This document shows, in pieces, positions 18,867 through 28,974 of a stretch of DNA of 64,000 nt; the first letter of the stretch is position 1; each line of letters starts with the position of its first letter. A program made the position numbers and the translations under genes. Source of the DNA: an uncultured Gammaproteobacteria bacterium (GTDB taxonomy: Bacteria > Patescibacteriota > Microgenomatia > CAZETR01 > Amesbacteraceae); contig CAZIVL010000002.1 in NCBI GenBank assembly GCA_964543035.1, positions 150,948 to 214,947 of the forward strand, in the 5' to 3' direction. Below the pieces are notes generated by a model. It did not search any database. It saw nothing but the letters and a program-made list of their open reading frames with translations, and was not told the origin of the DNA.

Positions 18867-19922
18867 ATGGACGACCTTAAGATTGGAGAGATAAATTACA
18901 GAGAGTCTCCTGTGAGTCATACTCCAGGCAAGGGAACGGATCTATCCTTAGATCCCTCGGCTGATCTTGGTCTTGTGTCTGGTGCAATGGGCAAGAGAGA
19001 CGCTGAAATTAAAGAAATAATTATTAGGGAATCTATTGAGCCATCAACTCGTGTTCGACAAGCCGTTGATCTGGCAAGAAATACAGTTAATGAAATAAGG
19101 ACAAAGCATGGTTTAGATAAATTAGACGATAGTGAGTTGCAATGGTGTCTTATGGATGATGATAAGTATAAAAAAATTGCTGGTTCAATAAATGGTCGCA
19201 GGTGTTCTCTGGGAATAGCAATGGCCGGAGTGTCGATTACATGTGATGCTCCAGAGATTCCAGATCATAGAAAAGCGTCCAATGCTTTTCATGAATTATT
19301 ACATAATGGGATTGAGACTGAAGTTCTTTCTGTGACTAGACAAGGAAATGCAATAAATGTTGAAGGCTCAAGATCTGGGGCAAGAGTCAAAAGATTTACG
19401 AGAACTTCGGAAGGAGAGGCCGTCGTTGATCCGCGGAATGGGGAATTGCTAAACGAATTAGCAAATTATGTTTTGCAAGGAGAATTTGAAAGAGAACTAT
19501 TGCAAAGAGATGAATTTAAAGATGAAGCTGACTTGGTGGGGGATAGGATAAAAAGTGATAAATATGCTAAGTACGATGTTCAGGGTGTGCATGTAAATTT
19601 AAATGACAAATATCTTCAAAATGATAAGAATTCTTCTGATGCTATAGTGACGATGCCAACACTTGTACAGCAATTAGTTGAAGACTTAGGAGACGTTGTA
19701 GGGGACATCAATGGAATAAAATTTAATGATTACCTAATTGACATAAAGCTTGATCCGAAAAGAATCGGCGAGTTTGCAGAGGCCATTTCTGCAAAGATGG
19801 GGAAACATTTCTTTAAACAATTAAGACATGCAAAGGTGGACGCTGGATCAATCGCTTGGTTGTTAGATAAAATTCAATTTGAAAGACTTATTAAAAATCA
19901 TCGAGCCTATGGACGTAGCTGA
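18867..19922 (+). CDS. Hypothetical HExxH (zincin-like) protein inserted in the ABC operon
   Basis: AFHELLH...LNEL; lies between ATPase and permease. Confidence 0.6.
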   Translation: MDDLKIGEINYRESPVSHTPGKGTDLSLDPSADLGLVSGAMGKRDAEIKEIIIRESIEPSTRVRQAVDLARNTVNEIRTKHGLDKLDDSELQWCLMDDDKYKKIAGSINGRRCSLGIAMAGVSITCDAPEIPDHRKASNAFHELLHNGIETEVLSVTRQGNAINVEGSRSGARVKRFTRTSEGEAVVDPRNGELLNELANYVLQGEFERELLQRDEFKDEADLVGDRIKSDKYAKYDVQGVHVNLNDKYLQNDKNSSDAIVTMPTLVQQLVEDLGDVVGDINGIKFNDYLIDIKLDPKRIGEFAEAISAKMGKHFFKQLRHAKVDAGSIAWLLDKIQFERLIKNHRAYGRS

Positions 19923-21108
19923 ACTGTTTAGATCTGCGGTGGTGGCAATAAGAACTAATAAAACGCGTTCTGTTCTTACCACTCTGGGAATTGTGATTGG
20001 GGTGGCTTCGGTGATACTGCTCGTCTCAATCGGAAACGGATTACAAAATTTTGTGTCGAAAGAATTTGAAGCTTTGGGATCGAACTCACTATTTGTGGCA
20101 CCGGGTAAAGTGAGCTTTGGGGGCGGGCCACCCCAAAATGTAGAAGCCAAGTTTGATTTTGATGATGTGAGAAGAATAGAAGATTTGGGTGATCCTATCG
20201 TGTCAGCCCGAGGAATGGTGAGTAAACCCAGCACTTTTAAATATCGAAGCGAGACATTTTTTGGCTCGATCGTGGGAGTGAGCGAAGACTATCTGGATTA
20301 TGGAAATGTAAAAATGGAGTATGGAGAATTTTTTGACAAGTCTGCTCTTGAACGCAGCTCGATGGTGGGAGTCATCGGAAACAAAGCATATATAGAATTG
20401 TTTGGAGAAGGAGAAAGGGGCATCGGGAAAGAAATAAGTGTGGCGGGGAAAACTGTCAAAATAATCGGCAAGCTGCAAGAAAAAGGCGGAGGATTTGGCG
20501 GAGCTGGTGATGAAAATACTTATCTGTTGATGCCTGTGACATCTGCTATGAAAGTGACTGGAATAGACAAGCCGGCGGCGGTGATGGTCAAGACTGCGGA
20601 TGCGGAGGGGGTAAGCCTAGCTGCCAAAAAAATAAAAAATTATTTTGAAAAAAAGAAACTGACAGATGATGACTACACAATCATGGAACCGAAAGAATTG
20701 CTCGCCTCCATAAACTCATTTTTGGGAGTGGTGACGGGAGCATTGTCGGGAATTGCGGCTATATCTCTGGTCGTGGGAGGGATCGGGATTGCCAACATCA
20801 TGTTGGTCTCGGTCACCGAAAGAACGAGGGAAATTGGGCTTAGAAAAGCATTGGGTGCTACAAGTGGAGACATATTGAGACAATTTTTGATCGAGGCGGT
20901 GGTACTGTCGATATTGGGGGGAGGTCTGGGGATACTGATCGGGGGAGGACTATCGATGCTTTTGCGGCAGTTTATTGAAACTAGTGTGACGTCGGGATCG
21001 GTGATCATGGCGTTTGGGATATCGGCAATTGTGGGAATTGTGGCTGGACTCGCTCCTGCTATTCGAGCATCACGACTGAACCCTATTGAAGCGTTGAGAT
21101 GGGAGTAG
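19909..21108 (+). CDS. MacB/FtsX-type ABC permease
   Basis: RSVLTTLGIVIG; GGIGIANIMLVSVTERTREIGLRKALGA; PAIRASRLNPIEALR. Confidence 0.96.
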   Translation: MDVAELFRSAVVAIRTNKTRSVLTTLGIVIGVASVILLVSIGNGLQNFVSKEFEALGSNSLFVAPGKVSFGGGPPQNVEAKFDFDDVRRIEDLGDPIVSARGMVSKPSTFKYRSETFFGSIVGVSEDYLDYGNVKMEYGEFFDKSALERSSMVGVIGNKAYIELFGEGERGIGKEISVAGKTVKIIGKLQEKGGGFGGAGDENTYLLMPVTSAMKVTGIDKPAAVMVKTADAEGVSLAAKKIKNYFEKKKLTDDDYTIMEPKELLASINSFLGVVTGALSGIAAISLVVGGIGIANIMLVSVTERTREIGLRKALGATSGDILRQFLIEAVVLSILGGGLGILIGGGLSMLLRQFIETSVTSGSVIMAFGISAIVGIVAGLAPAIRASRLNPIEALRWE

Positions 21109-21120
21109 TACTATGGATAT

Positions 21121-23106
21121 ATGGATCCTGTGGTAAGTGATGTAGTTGGTGTAGAGCCCACTGTAACTCCTGTAAAGAAGTGGTGGAGTATGAGTCGGGA
21201 TATGAAGATACTGGGAATGGTAGTTATGGTTGTGGGACTCGGGCTGGGACTACTAGTTGTTCAGCAAGGGACGTCTGTGCCAATGGCTGCGAGATTGCGC
21301 CCAAGGCCAACACTCGCTCCAAGGCCATCGACTCCTTCACAAGCTTGTCCGTCAGCAGTATATAAATATGATGGATTGTATAGTGGCGCCCCACTTGCTA
21401 ATCGTCCAGAAGTATCGACTTCTGGAGATATGTATGTCCCTTTTGGACAAAAAGTGTTGAAATATTCGGGACCTACGCCAACGATTACGTGGGCAGGTAA
21501 ATGTAAGGGAGGAAGTAATTGTGTCGACTTATCGCCCGATATTCAGCAAGGTCACAGCGATAAATTTAATTGTATTCTGAATAATGGTACTAGCTGTATA
21601 ACACCTGCTCCAGCCGATCCACATGAGTATGATTGGCAGTTTAAAGATGCTAAGAGTGCCACTCTTGATGGAAATGGTTATGTGTATATTGCTGATTATT
21701 ATGCTCATAGAATAGGTAGGTTGGGATTAAACGATGGTACATATGCTTATATCGGGAAATGCTCAGGAAATGTTGGGTCCTCGACGGCGTGTGATGTGGC
21801 AGGTGAGTATGCCAATGGATTTGTTTGTAATGATGCCAGTTGTACTAGGAATTTCACATCTGAATCAGGTTTGGGAGATAGACAATTTACTAATCCTGCT
21901 GGTGTAAAAGTGGTGGGGAATGAGTTATTTGTGACCGATAATAGAAATAGCAATAATAGAGTAAAGGTTTTTGGAATGAGCGGTAGTTTTTTAAGATTGT
22001 GGAATGTGGATTTTGCTGAACTTTCTCCAACGCGAACACCTATTTCAGAAACAGTGGGAGGGATCGACTCTACATCAGGCAGAGTATTTGTGGCTGCTAA
22101 TTCCCATTTTGATCCTCATGATCCTCTTTCACCTGATTATTGGGCAGGAGTGATGATTTATGATGCAAATGGCAATTATATTCAGAATCAACAAGTAATC
22201 AGTACACGAAATGACTTTCAAATTAGGAGTGTAGATGTGGATGAAACTGGAACTATGTATGTTGCCTATAGTCAAATGATTAATGGATTGGGAGGTTGGG
22301 GTTACCAGCACAATAGGTATGAACCTCAAAGTGTTCCACCGGCTCCAGAACCGATAGTATATACAGCAAGACCGTTGGAGTTGAGAAAGTATACGACAGG
22401 CTCGAATTATCAAAAGTTGATGTTGTGTGACAATAAGGCAATTGTTTCTGCTGACTCTGGTGCGACTTTGTATATTTCTTCGTCATATGACCCTTATGAT
22501 CCCGGGGGAACAATCGCATATTGTGACGGTGGTGGCTACCCTATTGTGCCTTCTACTGGTGTGATGAGATTTGTGTGTGATGGAGGCGGGGTATCTCCGA
22601 CGCCGACTTCAACTGTTCCAACGAATACACCTACTAGGACCCCGACTCCCACACAACCTCAAGTATCGCCAACGCCGACTGCGCCTGTAACTTTGGAGAT
22701 TTGTCAAGATATGCAAATGGGGCCGGCTGGGGTGTCGTCCAACAATGATGTGCAGTGGTATTTTGTTAACAACAATGCAAATAAGTATTTGCATAGTGTC
22801 TGGTTGTCCTGGCCGACGCCAGTGCCTCCAAGTACTACTCCATACATAATGAATATTCAGCATTATGGTTCGACAGTCGTAGGTAATCCAGCCACGATAT
22901 GGACTGGAAATGTCACGACCTCGCCATTTAATAACTCAACCTGGATTGCAGGAAGAGACAGACTCTTCGGGAGTACCCTTAGTCTTTTGGCTATAAATCT
23001 TAATGATGCTGCCAGGGCAGGACATTACACTTTGGTGACTAGGTGGGCCCTAACTTCAACTGGCCCGGCGGTGTGTCAATCGAGCCCTTCTACCTGGGTG
23101 CGATAA
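21121..23106 (+). CDS. Membrane-anchored NHL-repeat, Cys-rich surface protein with PT-rich linker
   Basis: NHL-like QFKDAKSATLDGNGYVYIAD and QFTNPAGV..LFVTD..NNRV; TPTRTPTPT linker. Confidence 0.75.
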   Translation: MDPVVSDVVGVEPTVTPVKKWWSMSRDMKILGMVVMVVGLGLGLLVVQQGTSVPMAARLRPRPTLAPRPSTPSQACPSAVYKYDGLYSGAPLANRPEVSTSGDMYVPFGQKVLKYSGPTPTITWAGKCKGGSNCVDLSPDIQQGHSDKFNCILNNGTSCITPAPADPHEYDWQFKDAKSATLDGNGYVYIADYYAHRIGRLGLNDGTYAYIGKCSGNVGSSTACDVAGEYANGFVCNDASCTRNFTSESGLGDRQFTNPAGVKVVGNELFVTDNRNSNNRVKVFGMSGSFLRLWNVDFAELSPTRTPISETVGGIDSTSGRVFVAANSHFDPHDPLSPDYWAGVMIYDANGNYIQNQQVISTRNDFQIRSVDVDETGTMYVAYSQMINGLGGWGYQHNRYEPQSVPPAPEPIVYTARPLELRKYTTGSNYQKLMLCDNKAIVSADSGATLYISSSYDPYDPGGTIAYCDGGGYPIVPSTGVMRFVCDGGGVSPTPTSTVPTNTPTRTPTPTQPQVSPTPTAPVTLEICQDMQMGPAGVSSNNDVQWYFVNNNANKYLHSVWLSWPTPVPPSTTPYIMNIQHYGSTVVGNPATIWTGNVTTSPFNNSTWIAGRDRLFGSTLSLLAINLNDAARAGHYTLVTRWALTSTGPAVCQSSPSTWVR

Positions 23107-23112
23107 TGGTTA

Positions 23113-23141
23113 TTGACACGTGCCTGACTACAGGGTAATAT
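23113..23141 (+). promoter_or_regulatory. sigma70 promoter of the tRNA-Ala/23S/5S unit
   Basis: TTGACA-17-TAATAT. Confidence 0.8.
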
Positions 23142-23241
23142 CGGTTAAGTTTCGAGGCCTTTTTTGCATGTTGAAGTTTAAGCTATTTTCAAACCATACC
23201 AGGCTAATTTAGCCTTGGATTAATAGCAACTTTGGTATACA

Positions 23242-23267
23242 AGACCTCGAAAGAGGTCTATTTTTTT
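23242..23267 (+). terminator. Intrinsic terminator-like hairpin within the 23S leader
   Basis: AGACCTC-GAAA-GAGGTCT-A-T7; alternative pairing with TTTCGAGG at 23150-23157. Confidence 0.6.
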
Positions 23268-23292
23268 ACAATTTGTGCGACAGAACTGACCA

Positions 23293-23365
23293 GGGCCCGT
23301 AGTTCACCTGGTAGAACGCTTCATTTGCAATGAAGAGGTAAGCAGTTCGAGTCTGCTCGGGTCCA
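23293..23365 (+). tRNA. tRNA-Ala(TGC)
   Basis: GGGCCCG...CGGGTCCA, G3:U70, anticodon loop TTTGCAA. Confidence 0.95.
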
Positions 23366-23989
23366 CCGCCTTGATGGCTGGTCCCGGTTTCCTTTCGTGG
23401 GAGACCGAGACGAGCCTTTGAGATTATGAGGCCAGAAAAGTGGCCGCCCTGGTGACCTAATGGTCACAGTGCGACTGCGTCGCCCTTTGAAAAGTAGAGA
23501 GAATTTATTGTAGAGAGAGTTGTATTTTATACTTCCGTAAAGCAGATAATGGATGCCTAGGATGCCAATGCCGACGAAGGACGTACTGAGCCACGAAAGT
23601 CATCGGGGAGCTGCTAAGAAGCTTTGATCCGGTGGTCTCCGAATGGGGAAACCCATCTATTTTTATAGATCCCTCGAATTTATTCGAGGTGGGGCACGCT
23701 CTGAACTGAAACATCTAAGTAGGAGCAGGAAAAGAAATCACAGAGATTGCGTGAGTAAGCGGCGAGCGAAAGCGCAAGAGCCTAAACTTGGGTAGCAATA
23801 TCCAGGGGTTGCGGGGCAGATAATATGAGATCAATCAAGGTAGTTAAACTGTCTGGAAAGGCAGGCCATAGAACGTGACAGCCGTGTAGGCGAAACCTTT
23901 GATTGCTCTATTCTGTTCCCAAGTACCATGTTACAAATATAATGTGGGAAGCTGGGGTGACCACACTCCAAGGCTAAATACATTGGCGT

Positions 23990-24031
<42 letters not shown>

Positions 24032-25514
24032 GGGTGAAACCCGAGTGAAATAGTACCTGAAATTATCTGCTGACAAGCAGTGGGAGCTTTCAGTCGCAAG
24101 ACTGGGGGTGACCGCGTGCCTATTGAAGAATTATCCGGCGAGTTTTCGCATTGCGCTTTGTTTAACCAAGCCAAGCTTGGGGAGACGTAGGGAAACCGAG
24201 TCTGAATAGGGCGAATTTGTGCAATGTGGAAGACCCGAAACCTGGTGAGCTAACCATGAGCAGGGTGAACCCTTCCGAAAGGAAGGGGGAGGCCCGCACC
24301 CGTCAGAGTTACAAATCTGTGGGATGACTTGTGGTTAGGGGTAATATGCCAATCGAACCAGGAGATAGCTGGCTCTCCCTGAAATATATACAGGTATAGC
24401 CCTACACGTATCGAACATGAGGTAGAGCACTGGTTGGGTGTTGCAGCGCAAGTTGTGGCCCTCAGTCAAACTTCGAATTCGTGTTCGTCACCCGTGTGGG
24501 AGTCAGAACGGCGCGGCTAAGCGCGTCGCTCTAAAGGGAAACAACCCAGACTGTCATCTAAGGCCTCTAAATGAATGCTCAGTGTGTAACGCAGTTGAAC
24601 TCCTCAGACAGCCAGGAGGTTGGCTCAGAAGCAGCCATCCTTTAAAGAAAGCGTAACAGCTCACTGGTCGAGTATTGGGAGTTTGGCGCGGAAAATGAAC
24701 CGAGGCTTAAGCATTCTGCCGAAGATACAGATTTTCTTTCGCATTCGTGCGAAAGGGAGTGGTAAGGGAGCGTTGAGATTGCAGTGAAGGTTTGCTGTGA
24801 AGCGGGCTGGAGCGATCTCAAGTGAGTATGCCGGAATGAGTAGCGTGATGGATGTGAGAATCATCCACGCCGAATTCCCAAGGGTTCCTCCGCACCATTG
24901 TTTGGCGGGGGGTTAGTCGGCACCTAAGGTGAGGCCGTAGTGGGCGTAACCGATGGACGAGTCGTTAATATTCGACTACAAGATATATATCGTTATCAGC
25001 TAGGGATGGACAAAGTGAGAAGTCTTACGCGTGTGCAGTGAATGCACGTATAAGCCGTAAAATAGTTGATCCTGGAAAATCCGGATTGACGTTTAATTGA
25101 GCGGTGATGTAAAGCCAATTTGAGCAATTGACTTGGCAATGTAAGCAGTTTTTGCTTTCGAGAAAAGATTCGTAGTGAGATATATATTTTGCCGTACCGT
25201 AATCCGACACAGGTGGGATGGTCGAGAAGACCAAGGCGATCGGGAGAAGGTAGTTCAAGGAACTCGGCAAAAAAGCTGGACGTAAGCTATGCAAGATGTC
25301 CTGCCTCGCGTAAGCGAGGTTACAACAAAAGAGTATTTCCCGACTGTTTAACTAAAACACAGGTCTGTGCGAACACGAAAGTGGCGGTATACAGGCTGAG
25401 ACCTGCCCAGTGCTCGTAAGTTAAGTGGATGCGTCGCAAGGCGTTGAAATGAAGCTCGAGTGAACGGCAGCAGTAACTATAACTGTTCTATGGTAGCGAA
25501 GTTCCTTGTCGGGT

Positions 25515-25822
25515 GAATAACTTGCCCGACCCTACATTATTTTTATTAATAATGCGGGGCACTAAGGTTCCTATCATTAGTTAAATTAGATAAAAAATAT
25601 TTCTTTCAGGTGGTTAGTGAAAACTTTGCTATATGCTGGAATAACTCAGTATCCAAAGGTACTCGAAAGAGTGATAATCCGATGGTGGAGTCAATCAGCA
25701 GGAAAGATCCCGCCTTTGGCGGGAAATCCCCAGAGACTACACGCAGAGCTCTTGATGTAACTAACATCAGGATGAAGATATAGTCCGAACTCTATGGCGA
25801 CATAGAGAAACAAAAATAATTG
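25515..25822 (+). ncRNA. Group I intron in 23S at position L1951 (IB/IC-like core, no ORF)
   Basis: Interrupts TTGTCGGGT^AAGTTCC; P1 GTCGGGT/GCCCGAC; P10 AACTT/AAGTT; P ATGCTGG, Q AATCAGCAGG, R CAGAGACTAC, S AAGATATAGTCC; terminal G. Confidence 0.92.
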
Positions 25823-26351
25823 AAGTTCCGACCCGCATGAAAGGTATAACGAGGGAATAACTGTCTTGAACTATTACCCGGCGAAATTGAAATGGCTGTG
25901 AAGATGCGGCCTTACTCTACTAGGACAAAAAGACCCTATGGAGCTTTACTGTACTCTGGCCCTGTGCTGGATTTTGAGGTAGTTTAGTGTAGGAGGGAGC
26001 CTTCGGGCAACGATGAAACACCTCCCGCTTTGAGATCTCAGCACTCACCCAAGGTAGCTGGAAACGCTATCGGAGACACGGTCAGAGGGGCAGTTTTACT
26101 GGGGAGGTACCCTGCTAAAGTGTAACGCAGGGGTGCTAAGGTGCACTAGGCTCGGATGGAAATCGAGCGAGTCGTGTAACGGCATAAGTGCGCTTGACTG
26201 TGAGAGTAGCCACTCGAGCAGAAACGAAAGTTGGTCGTAGTGATCCTCGGATGCCTCGTGGGAGGCACCGGGCTTAACGGATAAAAGCTACCCTAGGGAT
26301 AACAGGCTGATCGCCGCCAAGAGTCCATATCGACGCGGCGGTTTGGCACCT

Positions 26352-26673
26352 TAACCAAATGGTATCGGGGTGTGTCGACAGTAATGTCGTTAGCAAGCCT
26401 TGTTATAGATATTTATATTTTTACGTTTCTGAACATTTTTGGTTTTTGAAAATTTTCTGACTCATATCGGAAAACTCCTTTTGTAACGAACACATTAAGG
26501 AAAATTCCGAGGGAAGTCGCTGTGCAATATACGCACAGTTGACCCCTTATCGACTTGTGGTTTCAAGACCACGGAGTTTTTTACTGTTTGTAAAAAGCTA
26601 AGACGTCAGCCCCTACTCAAATCGTGAGAGGGTGAAGGTATAGTCAGCGCTTTAAGTAATTAAAGTCGACATG
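26352..26673 (+). ncRNA. Group I intron in 23S at position L2500 (IA-like, no ORF)
   Basis: Interrupts GGCACCT^CGATGTCGG; guide sequence ATCGGGGTGT pairs both exons; P3 CTGAC/GTCAG; extra P7.1/P7.2 hairpins; S AAGGTATAGTC; terminal G. Confidence 0.9.
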
Positions 26674-26741
26674 CGATGTCGGCTCATCCTATCCTGGAGG
26701 GGCAGTACCTTCCAAGGGTCCGGCTGTTCGCCGGTTAAAAG

Positions 26742-26790
<49 letters not shown>

Positions 26791-26908
26791 AGTAGAGTCG
26801 TGGGATTTTTGAGGGAGTCTGACCCCAGTACGAGAGGACCGGGTTGGAGGTACCGCTGGTGTGCCGGTTGTGACGTCAGTTGCAGCGCCGGGTAGCTATG
26901 TACCTATG

Positions 26909-26941
<33 letters not shown>

Positions 26942-27124
26942 CTACCCAAGATAAGAAATCCAGTGATCCAGGGAAGACCACCCTGTATAAGAGGCTAGCA
27001 GTGTAAGCACGGCGACGTGTTTAGCTTACTAGTACTAATAGATCCTTTGAAGTAACTATACAAGTCTCCTGCAATAAATTTCTCTCTACTTTTGAGAGGG
27101 CGAAAGCTCTTTTGAAAGTACGTA

Positions 27125-27243
27125 TTTCCGGCTATTTGAGCGATGTGGAACTACCTCTTCCCATTCCGAACAGAGCCGTCAAACGCATTAGCGCAGACAA
27201 TAGCTGATCCACGCGGATCCGTGAAGATATGTCATGGCCGGGA
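27125..27243 (+). rRNA. rrf: 5S rRNA
   Basis: TCCCATTCCGAACA core; helix I TCCGGCTA/TGGCCGGG; flanked by TTTTGAAAGTACGTA / TACGTACTTTCAAAA. Confidence 0.9.
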
Positions 27244-27333
27244 TTACGTACTTTCAAAAGTGATACTGTGAAGAAGAGATCGATCTTTTGAGTTGCACTT
27301 GCACTAGATTGTCAGAGGTAGTAAAACTTATAA

Positions 27334-28974
27334 GTGCCGAGGGTGGTTGGAAAAATTAAGTATGTGTTTGTATCGGGAGGGGTGATTTCTGGCCTAGGTA
27401 AGGGAATAACGGCAGCTTCACTGGGACTACTTTTGGAGTCAAGAGGAGTAAAAACGACCAACGTAAAGATAGATATGTATCTAAATGTGGATGCTGGGAC
27501 AATCCGCCCTCAGGAACATGGAGAAGTATTTGTAACAGATGATGGCATAGAAACAGATCAAGACATTGGTCACTATGAAAGATTTTTGGGAAAGGCATTA
27601 CGACGAGAAAATTATATGACCACGGGACAGGTGTATAAAACGGTGATTGATAGGGAAAGGGCGTTTGGGTATGACGGGGAAGATGTAGAAGCCATCCCGC
27701 ATGTAACGGATGAAATAATTGGACGGATCCAAAATGCAGGCAAGGCAAATCAAGCCCAAGTGGTAATAGTCGAGCTGGGAGGAACAGTAGGCGAATACCA
27801 AAACGGTTTGTTTTTTGAAGCCAATCGGATCATGAAACTAAAAAATCCCACTGATGTGGCACATATACATGTATCCTATTTGCCAGTAATTAAAAGTGTA
27901 GGGGAGCTGAAGAGCAAGCCCACTCAACAGTCGGTGCATGTTTTGAACTCGATGGGAATTCAGCCCGATTTTCTAGTGGCCAGAAGTGAGAAACCAATTG
28001 ATGCTAGAAGACGTGAGAGATTGGCGTTGTTTTGCAATATGCATGACGAGGACATTATAAGTAATCCTGATCTTGAGAATATCTATGAAGTGCCGCTATT
28101 TATGGAAGAACAAGGGTTTGCGGAAAAGCTGTTGAAGAGATTGGGAATTCGATCAAAATTAACAGACTTGGGTGAGTGGAAAAGGTTTGTAGATAATCTG
28201 AAAAGTGGAAAAAAAGAAGTGAAGATAGCAATGGTGGGAAAATATTTTGCAACTGGAAATTATGTACTGACTGACGCATATATCTGTGTAATTGAGGCGA
28301 TGAAGCATGCTGCTGCTAAATTGGGTGTGAAACTAAATATGACCTGGATAGACGCAGTATCTGAAAAAGATATGAATAGGGTACTCAAGGGGTTTTGGGG
28401 TATTGTGATTCCACAGGGGTGGGGAAGTAGGGGGACTGAAGGGAAGATCGCGGCTATCAAATATGCGCGGGAGAAAAAAATACCTTATCTTGGACTGTGT
28501 TTTGGGATGCAGATGGCTGTCGTCGAGTATGCCAGAAATGTATGTAAGCTCAGTGGGGCTAATTCATATGAGGTGGATCCAAAGACGAAATATCCTGTGA
28601 TCAATATCATGCCCGATCAAAAAGAGTATCTGGCGGCCCATCAATATGGGGGGACAATCAGACTGGGGGCTTGGGATTGCGTGGTCAAAAAAGGTACGAG
28701 GTTGGAAGAGTGTTACAAAAAACAATTGGTATCGGAGAGACATAGGCATAGATATGAAGTGAACAATGACTTTCGGGAATTACTGGAGAAGAAGGGGATA
28801 GTGATATCTGGGACGAGTCCAGATGGAAAACTGGTGGAGGCAATTGAGCTGCCAAAAAAAGTGAACCCATTTTTTGTGGGGACGCAATTTCACCCTGAAT
28901 ATAAGTCTAGGCCACTCTCTCCTCATCCGATATTTGTAAAATTCATACAAGAAGCAGTACAATTTGCGGCGTGA
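27334..28974 (+). CDS. pyrG: CTP synthase
   Basis: GGVISGLGKG, HGEVFVT, KSKPTQ, GLCFGMQ, ERHRHRYE, QFHPE. Confidence 0.98.
   Translation: MPRVVGKIKYVFVSGGVISGLGKGITAASLGLLLESRGVKTTNVKIDMYLNVDAGTIRPQEHGEVFVTDDGIETDQDIGHYERFLGKALRRENYMTTGQVYKTVIDRERAFGYDGEDVEAIPHVTDEIIGRIQNAGKANQAQVVIVELGGTVGEYQNGLFFEANRIMKLKNPTDVAHIHVSYLPVIKSVGELKSKPTQQSVHVLNSMGIQPDFLVARSEKPIDARRRERLALFCNMHDEDIISNPDLENIYEVPLFMEEQGFAEKLLKRLGIRSKLTDLGEWKRFVDNLKSGKKEVKIAMVGKYFATGNYVLTDAYICVIEAMKHAAAKLGVKLNMTWIDAVSEKDMNRVLKGFWGIVIPQGWGSRGTEGKIAAIKYAREKKIPYLGLCFGMQMAVVEYARNVCKLSGANSYEVDPKTKYPVINIMPDQKEYLAAHQYGGTIRLGAWDCVVKKGTRLEECYKKQLVSERHRHRYEVNNDFRELLEKKGIVISGTSPDGKLVEAIELPKKVNPFFVGTQFHPEYKSRPLSPHPIFVKFIQEAVQFAA

Noticed and set aside
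22590-22690. PT-rich low-complexity tracts (also about 36160-36270 and 62770-62850) as DNA repeats
   Set aside because: Codons vary, so these are protein-level linkers rather than nucleotide repeats.
25515-26673. Homing endonucleases in the two introns
   Set aside because: Both introns are only about 310-320 nt, with no ORF long enough and no LAGLIDADG, HNH or GIY-YIG motif.
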